Positions 24,372 through 35,607 of a DNA stretch of 54,578 nt are shown in pieces (positions within the stretch are counted from its first letter, which is position 1; the number at the start of each line of letters is the position of its first letter). Below the pieces are notes generated by a model. The model saw only the letters and a program-made list of their open reading frames with translations, searched no databases and had not been told where the DNA came from. The position numbers and the translations under genes were made by a program. The DNA comes from Nemertoderma westbladi (lineage: Eukaryota; Animalia; Xenacoelomorpha), in NCBI GenBank assembly GCA_032718475.1, contig JAUCBJ010007261.1:1-54578 (forward strand), given 5' to 3'.

Positions 24372-25254
24372 GACTCAGTTTATTTATAAGCGCATGAATT
24401 TTGTATAATACATTAAAAAACAATTAATATAATGTAAGGAATCGCCTACACTGGTACACAACATAGGCCTACAGTACATATAGTTGCCTAGTAACTGTAG
24501 TAAATATTTCCAAATGTCAGAGAGTATACTTTCTCTGAATATTCTCTGATTATCGTTTCCCCGATAATAATCGGGCTAATTGACTAGGAGGATTTAGTAC
24601 TCATCCAAAATGAGTTGCATGGGAGAATGCAGAAATAATTAGCGCAAATTTTGATACATGTTTGAACGTGTTAAACCAAAGTAGCTACATTTTATGGCAG
24701 TTAATGTAAATGTTGGTTTCTTAAAAAAAGTGAAAGTATTTTGTTCTCATGTAAATTTATCGCATTTAAAAAATAAAAGTGGCGATATATTTGTATTTAA
24801 ATTAATCGCCGGTCTTCCCTCTATAAGAAAAATGTTCAATTGAAAAAAATGATTGCATTTATATTCAACCAGAGGGCCCAACATAGAGTTAGGTAGGGGT
24901 CGGCTAGCTAGCTTGTTTTTGGCCTGTAGTTCTAGAATGCAAATTAGCTATACCGATCACCAACTGTGTTCTGACGTCTAACATGGTCCTCCATCCAAAA
25001 ATAATAGTCTCGTTAATTTACCGAAGGTATTGCGCTTAACGCCGCCAGAGCCCGTACTATTATAATAATAATAAAATAAATAATTATATGTACTGGAAAA
25101 AGGTTAATTACTGTCATGGGTAAAGGGTTCGGTGGCAACATTATAGGGAAAATGGGCTTAAAGCCGCACCACGCATAGTGGGGGGCAGGGACCTGAATGA
25201 CGACACTATATTCCAGGACATGGTTCACGTAGAGCCTATCTCACCTATACAAAT

Positions 25255-25735
25255 AATGTCCATTGCAACTACATAACGTATGGGCTGCAGAAAAACAATA
25301 CAAAAACTAATGTCCCCAGATGTGCGCAAGGGACAGTATTTAGAACGGTGTGTTTTCGTCAATATATAAAAAATTTTCTTAATGTCCATTGCAACTACAT
25401 AACGTATGGGCTGCAGAAAAACAATACAAAAACTAATGTCCCCAGATGTGCGCAAGGGACAGTATTTAGAACGGTGTGTTTTCGTCAATATATAAAAAAT
25501 TTTCTTAATGTCCATTGCAACTACATAACGTATGGGCTGCAGAAAAACAATACAAAAACTAATGTCCCCAGATGTGCGCAAGGGACAGTATTTAGAACGG
25601 TGTGTTTTCGTCAATATATAAAAAATTTTCTTAATGTCCATTGCAACTACATAACGTAGGGGCTGCAGAAAAACAATACAAAAACTAATGTCCCCAGATG
25701 TGCGCAAGGGACAGTATTTGGAACGGTGTGTTTTT
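25255..25735. repeat. 126-bp tandem repeat, about 3.8 copies
   Basis: AATGTCCATTGCAAC at 25255, 25381, 25507 and 25633. Confidence 0.97.
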
Positions 25736-26641
25736 GTTAAATTATTATATAAGGCCTATTCTTAGCGTCTATTGCTCTTACAATACGTACTGTAGAAGGG
25801 TCCAAATAATTGTAAAGCATAAAATTCATAATTAATATAATTAAATGATAAGAGTTATATCATTAATTGTTGTGCGCCACTATATTTGTATTTATACAAC
25901 CTAAAATTAATTAGTCTTCCCGCAGAAAAAAATAATATTTTGAGCAGTGATGGCAGTATTACGGTTTATTTCTTGAAACTGCAAGTATTTTCAAAACAAA
26001 TTGCTACATGCTTGCTAACTTGTACGCATTGATACAGGGGGAATTGTTCAGCGCTATCGCTATCGACTAAGTGAAAACCCATTGTTATAGTAAATGAGTA
26101 AACTATGGAAACTTGTATCACAAGTAGTCTTTAGGTAACTAATAGAGAAATATTAACTTTTACAATAATTATTCACGAGTGTAAAAGAACACTATCTCTT
26201 TGTACTGTACTGACCTGGCCAAGTATTCCAATTACTAGAATCATATCCATGAAGTTGCATAAAAACAAAGCATTTCAGTTTCCTTTTCCATATACTGTAT
26301 GTGTTACACTACAGTAGTTGTGGACTGTGGACATTAATTTTCGTATGTGTCTTGACCCCAGTTGGGGTTTGTGGACATCACTAAACACACTCAGGCACAA
26401 CACACATAATTATGACGTCACCAAAAGCAATGTCCGCACAGTGAATGTAAAAAAATGATTTTTGAAATATTGGAAAAATTTTAAATTTTGAAAAGCAAAC
26501 ATTTCCCATTACTTATTAGGAAGCTAATTTGAAAATTTGAAGGATTTTCATTGGATAGTTCTCTAGATATTTAATAAATAAGTACGTCCACAGATCCCTT
26601 GGTTGTGAGCTTGTCCACAGAATCCATAGTTAACCCGTATA

Positions 26642-27099
26642 GGTGTGTGTGTAACATCCTAAGCTTAAGGTCCTTGGTTGGGCAATTCGGTGGGGATTGG
26701 TGTGTGTGTAACATCCTCAGCTTAAGGTCCTTGGTTGGGCAATTCGGTGAGGATTGATGTGTGTATGTAACATCCTCAGCTTAAAGTCCTTGGTTGGGCA
26801 ATTCGGTGGGGATTGATGTGTGTTTAACATCCTCAGCTTAAGGTCCTTGGTTGGGCAATTCGGTGGGGATTGGTGTGTGTGTAACATCCTCAGCTTAAGG
26901 TCCTTGGTTGGGCAATTCGGTGGGGATTGGTGTGTGTGTAACATCCTCAGCTTAAGGTCCTTGGTTGGGCAATTCGGTGAGGATTGATGTGTGTATGTAA
27001 CATCCTCAGCTTAAGGTCCTTGGTTGGGCAATTCGGTGAGGATTGGTGTGTGTGTAACATCCTCAGCTTAAGGTCCTTGGTTGGGCAATTCGGTGGGGA
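26642..27099. repeat. Second array of the 57-bp satellite, about 8 copies
   Basis: Same unit and orientation as 1158-3826. Confidence 0.98.
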
Positions 27100-28141
27100 C
27101 ACTCAACCCGACTCAACTCTACCCTATACCCCAAACATACATTTATTGCCAGACCAGTCCTGAGTCTTTGTGCTTCACCCTAAGCTACTATTTTATATCT
27201 TACTTACTGGTAGAGCTACAATAGTGGGTCGCCACTATTGGCTACATGCGGTGCAGTAAAATAACAGGTTCGTGGGGCATCGCGCTGCAAGCGAAATTTG
27301 GCAAAAATTGCCAAAAAGTAAATTTGATCTGGAGACAAAAGTATTTGTACGTAATTTTCAAAAATATTGAAACTTTTCAATAAAATTTTGTTAAAAATAG
27401 TTATAAAGTAGTTAAAAATAGTTAAATAAATAAAACAGTTAAAAAAATCTGTCTGTCTTGCAACTCCCCTTGCATATACAGATATCATCACATCACGCCC
27501 TCAGCTTTTCCCAATGCCCGTGGTTATCAACCTTATCCTCAACTACTACTAATAATAATAATTAGGAATTTTCACACTGCCTTTCTTAACTCTCAATTAC
27601 TTAATTATTAACTCCATGTAGGATGTAGGGCCTCTTAATATTTTTTTGTCATCTTATCATTTAACACCCTTTTACCCCATTGGGGAGTGTAAAGAAATAT
27701 TACTATAGTATATATTTTTCAAATTTTTATACATATTTCATTTCATAATATTGATAGTTTAAGTTCTGTTAGTGCTGAACAAGTACAGTATCCAATACAT
27801 ATTCATAAATTGTATTAAAATAATAAAAAATTGTTATACAAAACCAGTAGGTCTACTGCTAACTAACTATGTTAAAAGATATGTGAATAAAAATACCCAG
27901 CTAAGTACATTGATTTAATCAATAATATAAAATGGATTTTAAGGTGAATAAATTATAAATGTTATTGAAATCAGAGCCTTTATTACCATCACATAGTACA
28001 CAGTTTCAGTATATGGTTTCATGGTTTCAGTATATGGATCATCAGTAGTGGAGAGTACCAGGATTCCAGAACAGTCCTCATTCATACCTTTTGTGTGCCA
28101 AATAACACCTAACGTGTTAATCCAATTGTGTAAGGTGTTAA

Positions 28142-31074
28142 GGGGGGGGGGGGGGGGGGGTAGCGTGTTTTTGGTCAAAATTTTCGAATTTTCATTTTCA
28201 ATCCTATCTTGTAGAGAATTTAACGGGGAATCTGAATCTGATTTTGGTTTGTTCATAGCTTTATTAGTTTTAAAGATATAAGATAGTCAGGTCCGCTAAT
28301 CGCTTAGCAGCTTAGCTCTAGTATAGTTTTATTTCTGTTTCATTATTTACTTTGCTGTTATATGCCTATTAGCCACCAGGTATTCTTCATTATTCAGTAG
28401 GCCTGCTTTGCTTTTGATTGTAAATATGATAACAGATAGTGTCATAAGTATTATAAAATACAATGCCATTTAAGAAGCGTCGGTAACAGATTAGACTTCT
28501 ATGGAAGGATCGAAGATCAGAAAAAACTGTATAGAGTGTAAAGAAGGAATTTCTAATAGTAAAAGAAAAACAATTACTAAACTAAATGCATTACATACTA
28601 TAAAATCGTACAAGAAGGAGAAGATTACCAGTGTAGGATATCAACTGCTCCATCTATCAAGTTTACGGGAAGCTATAGAACTGGCCCATTCCTCTGGTGG
28701 TTGTAATGGAGTTATTAATCTATCATCTGCGAAAGTCATTGGTATTGACAATAGAATCGAGATTAGCTGTGTAAGATGTCAATTTACACATCTGATGACA
28801 TGTGGACCACGATTAGATCCAAAACTTCCAATATCGTCATCCAGTAAACAGTTGAATACTCGTGTTGCTTATGCAATTACTGAATTGGGTCTTGGACTTG
28901 AGGCCATATATACAATTGCAGAGATTCTTGATATGCCTTGTAAAATGGCCAAAACAACATTTTCCTCATATGTGAAAGAACTGTCTGACATCTATGATGA
29001 GGTTGTGACGGAGACATTAGCTGAGGCTCGGTGCGAACTACGCAATGATAAGCATAATGTCCCAGTAGCATTAAGTGGAGATGCTTCCTGGCATAAACGC
29101 GGCCATACATCTTTATATGGAATTGGATATGTAATAGCGATGGATTCTGGGAAAGTGTTGGATTATGATATACGGTCAAAGATCTGCCAAGAGGCTGAGT
29201 TTCATAGTAAAGAGAAAGAAACTGATAAGTACAAGGCATGACATCTGGAACATATCAAAACATGCCCAGACTGCAGTAATTTGTTCACTGGTTCAAGCGG
29301 TTCCATGGAACCCGCGATTATGAAAGAAATATTTGAAAGATCTAATAGCCTCCGTAATGATGATAGTCATGGTCTAAGATATTCTCACTTCATAAGTGAT
29401 GGGGGCACTAATAGCTTTTCTGCAGTTTCTTCTGTATATGGTGTTTCCAAACAGTGTAAGAAATACTTAGAGATGAGCGAGGGGGAAAAACAGTCATTCA
29501 ATGAAACTACCACTGGTATCCAATATTGGCAAGATCATGAGGATGGTAAAGTAAAATGTGAATGTGTAACCAAAGTAGATTGTATCAACCATGTGCAAAA
29601 ATGGGACCACAAAGCACTACGAGATGTTGCCCTAACCAAGGGTAAACTGGATGATGGAAAGTTTGTTGGTGATGCTTCTCATCGATTGACTCATGCGACA
29701 TGTGCCAAACTGGCATCTTACTATGGAAAAGCGATTCGCAGCAATTCCATAGAATGAAGGAAGAAACAAAACCAGTGCATATCAAACGAATGCAGAATGC
29801 AATACTGGCTTCATTCCGACATTGTATCATGCATGGAACAGGAAGAGACCGTCATAACTACTGCCCTAAAGGAGATAACTCGTGGTGCCAGTACCAACGA
29901 ACTGGAGTTCCACCAACCCACATCATTTGGATGCAGTGTTCTTGGAACTATTACTGCCCATATTCAAGAGATTTTATGATAGGAAGCTATTAGAACGGTG
30001 TCTACCAGCATATACCCAAAATCAAAATGAAAGTATTCATGGAATGGTGTGGAATCGTGTCCCAAAACACCGATTCTTTGGTCCTGAACGAATCAAATTA
30101 GCTGTTCGGAGCACTTTGGTATCCTTCAATAAAGGGTCATATGGAAGACAACTTGTTCTAGCTAAGATTAATAAACAAACTCTAGAAACTAGACATAGAA
30201 CATCAAGATCTTCAATTTCATTGACAATTCGAAGGGACATAAGAAGGGCAAAGAAGGTTCGAGATGCTGCGAAGAAGAAGATAAATCATAAGCAGCGAAA
30301 GATGTTAGAAGCGAGAGCAAAATATGGTGAATTATCTTATGTCGCAGGTGGATTTGGTGGACTTTGATGATCATTCTGATAAACATTTGTGTTGGTAATG
30401 ATTATTTCTATATTACACTTGTCTAGTAACTATGCATTAGTGAAAGCATGTCCTAATCTAATCATTTGAACCAGTATTTTAGTATCCAATGTTGATTAAA
30501 TGTCTTCGTAGTATTCAATCGCGTTTTACAGAAAATGACATTTTTACTCATCGGAGATCACCTAAGAGGTAACTTTGTTCTCTGCGAAAAGAGCTTTTGA
30601 ATGAGCCTAGAATGAACTTCATACGACCACTAGAACTGGAGATTATACATTTTGAAGATCTCCGATTAGCGATAAATCTATTCCGTGTAATCCCGCATAG
30701 ACCACAGAGTCACAAAATTGAGTCCCGTTATTGTTCCGGAGACATGAAGTTGTCTTACAAACGGACTAGTAGGTCCAATAATCATAAAAAATACCTTCTC
30801 AATTAAAATTTTGTGCTCTTTCTCATGGAGACATCCAATTGGCACCACTGAGAAAAGAAATTTGCATAAATTGAATGCAAACCCCAAACTTCATCACATT
30901 TACCAATATTGCGATATATCGGAGCCAGTATTTTCTATCCCAGATATCTCGAAAAAAAGCAAGATATGGGAAAACCGTTTCCATATTTGGACTCAGCATG
31001 AAATTCTGCATCAAATAGGATATGTTTCAAAAATTCGACTTTTTGGTCAGAAAACGCGCTCCCCCCCCCCCCCC
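28142..31074 (+). mobile_element. Kolobok DNA transposon
   Basis: TTAA TSD, GG...CC termini, imperfect TIR (G)nTAGCGTGTTTTTGGTCAAAA vs (G)nAGCGCGTTTTCTGACCAAAA; transposase inside. Confidence 0.85.
28463..30367 (+). pseudogene. Kolobok DDE transposase (Mutator-like transposase domain), disrupted
   Basis: SGDASWHKRGHTSLYG, SGKVLD, GSSGSME, ISDGGT, CINHVQK, YYGKAIR, CPKGDNSWC, TQNQNES; stop at 29241 plus frameshifts. Confidence 0.85.
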
Positions 31075-33647
31075 TTAATCCCTTAATTACTCACACCATT
31101 TCTGTGCGATAATCTCTCAAAAGTATGCAAAATATTATTTTCATCAAATGAAGATTTTATAAAATATTATGAAAGGATTACTTTTCCAGTCATTATATGG
31201 CACCAACAGTCTATTGTTAACCCATATGTAAGTAATGAAACCAATCCTAATTGGCTAAATATGTTTCTTGCTGCATTTTCATTGGTTATTTAACTGTTTA
31301 CTCACTTCCTAATAAATTAAATAAATTATTTTAAAAATTTTATCACAACTGAAGTATTCATCAACAACTCTTAAATATTCATAACTTTCATGTTTTACAT
31401 TTGATTTGATTTACATTTGCAGACAATATAAAACAATATCTCTCCTCCTACAGAGTGATAGAGTTTTACATATTACACAGGTAGATAGATCTCACATTAC
31501 TAAACAAACAGTTGTGTTCTGGCATTTATTGTCAGTATGTGTTGTGTAGAGCTATACAGGCATAGGTATTTGCAGTGTAAATATTTCAGTTTAACCGGAA
31601 TCATAATTGGTAGTGTACACGTCATTATTCTTCTATTCTTCTGATAATTTGTCATTAATATATCAGAAAAGCAAAACCAGCAGGATCCATCTTGTAATTA
31701 TAGTAGCGAAAGTGGCACCAGTGATGGTGAGTGTGCAATAGAATTACTCAATCAGGTTATGCAAGTTACATTTTTCATCTCCCACTAGACTCAAAGACTG
31801 TTCTCAAATACAAGAACTCATTCCCTTTCTTATGACATGTAACATTTCACCAGATAGGTCATTGTTTGTGAGAATGTCCATTTATTTAATTGTACATTTA
31901 TTACCAATTTATTAGCATTGTTAACAATATTATTTGTAGGTGGTTATTGTATTACTTTTTTTCTTATTTAATTATATTTTTCCTTATATATATAGGCCTA
32001 TTCAAGTACTTTCATTGTCGTACTTAAAATGGTAAATTGGAAAGTGGGTTTAGGTTGCCACAACATAATAAGATTAAACATCTTAAAATGCAATACTGAA
32101 CATGAAGGCTTCCCACATAATGTTTTAGTAGAAGTAGACTCTCATGTAAAACATTTACGTAGTTAATGAATACATAAAATACAAGGATAACTCTATATAT
32201 TTGTATAGGACAAATGGGAATTATTAGATGAATGATATTAAAAATTATCATAAATTATTTTTTATTACTTTGGTTATAATTTATCAGATGCAGCAACCTT
32301 TACTTACAATCCACCAGATACATAGCAAAAAAAACAGGCTTAACATCACTATGTACAATTTACCATTCTCAGTTTTTAGAACCCTGCCTTACTTCTGTGT
32401 CTCTGGGTGGGAATGATATATGTAGCAAAATCATAGGAGATACTGTAGCAGGCCTAACCCATGCCATATCTAGCATTCACTCAGAAACAGAAACAAAAGT
32501 TATATGGATCCAAGCATTTCCTTGAATTCGAAAGTGCCCTTCTACTTATGAGGCAGAACGCTTGGCCCTGAAACAAGAAATGTGAAGATTTCTAGATACA
32601 TAATATGGTTCTACTCTAACTGTTTAAGTGTGGAACCGCATGATCGCAGTTCATCCTAAATCAAGACCTAATCAATCTGAATATAAAAAAAACATCTAAG
32701 TAAGTTTTATATGGCCCTGAAACAGGGCACCAACATTGCATTAAGAAAATAAATTTCACTTTTAAAATTATCTGTCTCTCAGCCCCCATAGTTTTCTTTG
32801 TCATAAAAAATTTGTTGTAGGAGTTTTAACTCTCATTTCCTAGATATATTTCAAGTAGGGGATTTTAAAAAGTGGCACATACTTAGTAAGGACCATTTTG
32901 TCCCAGTCATAGATAATGATTTCATTTTTTCCCAATCAACATCAGAAATAGCCATTGGACCCTATCCATTTGGATTTTATTTGTTTTTCAATCATGTTTA
33001 TGTGTACATTTAATAATAATAATAATAATAAATATAATGCAATGTGCAGAATTTACGACCAAACCAGTAACTTCCAGTACCCGAAGTAAAAATATGGGAG
33101 TGTCCTAGTGTCCAACATTCATTACGTCACCAGTAGTGGCTCTCACTGTGCACTGTACAACGGTCTAAGCTACTCCCGCTGTACTCAAGGATTTTAGATG
33201 CTACCTTCTGTCGCTATTGTATGTTCTTCACACAGGACCAGATAGGGGGGGGGGGGGGGGGGGGCGTATTAACGGCGGGACTTTTGGGGCTGCAGCCCCG
33301 GGCCCCGTGATGGTTTGGGCCCCCCCAGAAAATTTAAAAAAATATTTTTGGACCCAAGTTAAAACTAAAACATACAAAGAATATCGTACAAGGAAACATG
33401 AATACAAGGAAAAAAATGGAGAAATATTATGAAATCCAGAAAACTGGCTGATATTTATTGAAGCTTATGAAATTACCTTTCATATAAATCAAAAATTGCA
33501 AAAAACGGTTAAGAAATGGAGGAGGAGTAATAATTCTCGCGTGAAAAAATGTCATTCACCGAGATAATTGCCTGAAGTTCAAACCTTCCGGCGCTAAATT
33601 GCCTGGTCTGGTTGGTTAATAGAGTCTGACAGGAAAGAAGCACACCA

Positions 33648-33775
33648 CCGAGCAAAATTATATTCACGGGGGTTTTCGTGGTCGCTGATTTCATTTCCGA
33701 AGGCAGTTTTAATATTTGATGGAATCTAGTCTGTCTGTCCGTCGGTCGGTTGTCTCTCTGTCTGTCTTACATTTT
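33648..33775 (+). mobile_element. Helentron-like non-autonomous fragment
   Basis: GGGGTTTTCGTGGTCGCTGATTTC motif followed by a (TCTG/TCCG)n microsatellite. Confidence 0.35.
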
Positions 33776-33849
33776 GACATTCACATTGCCAGACAGATAT
33801 TCCATGATAATTCGAGAACTAAAAAAAAGATATCTCTCTAAGCAGCAAT

Positions 33850-34210
33850 GCAATGTCAAGTACAATGCACACATCTCCAACCAGACACTATATAACATTG
33901 GAGGTGTCTCATTGGTTCCCCCAAGCTTGACACTAGAACAAAATCGCCTCCGCTTTGCAGGACATTGCTTTCGCCGTGAGGACCAGCCAGTGCATAGTCT
34001 TGTACTTTGGCAGCCTCATGGAGTGAATAAGCATGGTGGACAGCCCATGACTTTCTTGAGACGCATCTTAGAGGACACTGGTCTTGAAGTTGCGGATGAT
34101 CAAGCAAATGTTATGGGTGATAGGGAGTTGTGGCAGCGCAATTTTGTCGACAAGCCGGCACAGCATTCTTAAAAATGCAGCTGCAATGCAGCATGCCGAT
34201 ACTAGTAGTA
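33850..34210 (+). mobile_element. RTE LINE, short 5'-truncated copy
   Basis: Nearly the same peptide as the C-terminus of 43331-44524 (RLRFAGHCFR...LVLWQP); short (TAG)n tail. Confidence 0.9.
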
Positions 34211-34399
34211 AGCAGTTTTTAGTTTTTAGATTTGAAACCCCCATTAAATGCTGCTCTAGATGCAATAAAAAACAATCCTAAAATTTGTGATTATGTGCGA
34301 ACACCCCCCCCCCCCCCCCAAAAAAAAATTATCTTTAATCTTTTAATCTTTATCTTTATCTATTAATTATTTTGCGATTTTTTTAAGTGTGTAGTTTAC

Positions 34400-34745
34400 T
34401 TGAGTTTTCCAATCTAGTTTAGAGTCGATCCATGCGCCAAGTATTTTTGTACATAAGTTGTGAGTGATTGGTTTATTGTCGATTGTAATGTCAGGATAGG
34501 TTGTTGCGTTGTTGGGATAGTGTTCGTAAACATTGTAAATTCCGTTTTTTGAAGTTCAGTAGCAGCTTGTTATCGTTTAACCAGTCAAATCGTTTTGCTA
34601 ATTCTGTATTTGTATTGATTATTAGCTGATTATAATTTCTATGTGAATTTAAAAGTGTTGTGTCGTCTGCAAATAGAGTGGATAATAGAGAAGTTACTTT
34701 TGGTAAGTCATTGATAAATAATAAGAATAGTAGGGGCGAGATCAG
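34400..34745 (-). pseudogene. CR1/L2-type reverse transcriptase fragment
   Basis: PLLFLLFINDLP, LFADDTTL, DWLNDNKLLLN. Confidence 0.85.
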
Positions 34746-35607
34746 GGCTCCACAAAATGGGGAAACCCGGAAACTAGGTTTCTGGAAGATTCTGAAAAAT
34801 TCCGAAGATTTTTGAGATTTTTCACTCTCTAAAAACCTGGGATGAATGGAAAGATAATTTAGTACTATACAGTACAATTTTAAAACCTCAGAAGTAGATC
34901 AAATTTAAAAAATCAAACCAAATTATCCAATTTTCTGAATATCAAGCTTGCTGTCTTAATGGCAATGTCAATTAAAAATACTTCGGATTTTCTGTATCAT
35001 GTTTTTATAATTTTATTGAATAAAAATGCTTCTGAATATTATTTATTTCCCAAAAAACTTCGGATTTTATGTATCTTGTTTTTATAATTTTGTTGAAGAA
35101 AAATGCTTCGGAATATCATTTATTTCCACAAAAAACGTACTACACTACTCCAACGACCACGTTATATTATTTTCCTGTATATTCTGTTAGATAATTTACT
35201 TTCGGTTTGGAACCGGTAGAAACTAAACTATCTGACTTTTATGCGCTAGTGCTACTATCAGATATAAGGTTGACTGAACTGAAGCCAACTACTGTCCTAG
35301 CATAAGTCCAAATTTAATTCCCCTGTAAGCACGCAGACTGTGATTAGTTGTTAAATTATTTGAAAATACCATCCATACTATGTAACTGTAGCTAGATACG
35401 AGACAGAAAATAATTTATTTAGTTTAATTAAAATAGTTTATTAGAAAATAAACTTGGCACAATTACAGAATTAACAACGAACTTCAGAACCTGCAATCCT
35501 ATACAGTTATGGGTAGGCCTACAAACGGTACTACAATATGACTACAGTATATGTACCTATAGGTCTACGCAAATAAATTCCAATTCTAAAAAACAATTAT
35601 ATATACT

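Larger units (their letters stand above)
20655..25059 (+). mobile_element. Young Academ derivative with about 580-bp TIRs
   Basis: TAGTACGGGC...GCCCGTACTA, TSD TTA, near-identical TIRs 20655-21234 vs 24481-25059. Confidence 0.92.

Noticed and set aside
28142-31074. KolobokP-type long direct repeats
   Set aside because: No duplicated terminal block seen
31380-32450. Old LINE remnants here and near 41000-42130
   Set aside because: Tail-like microsatellites are present but the sequence is too decayed to translate or delimit
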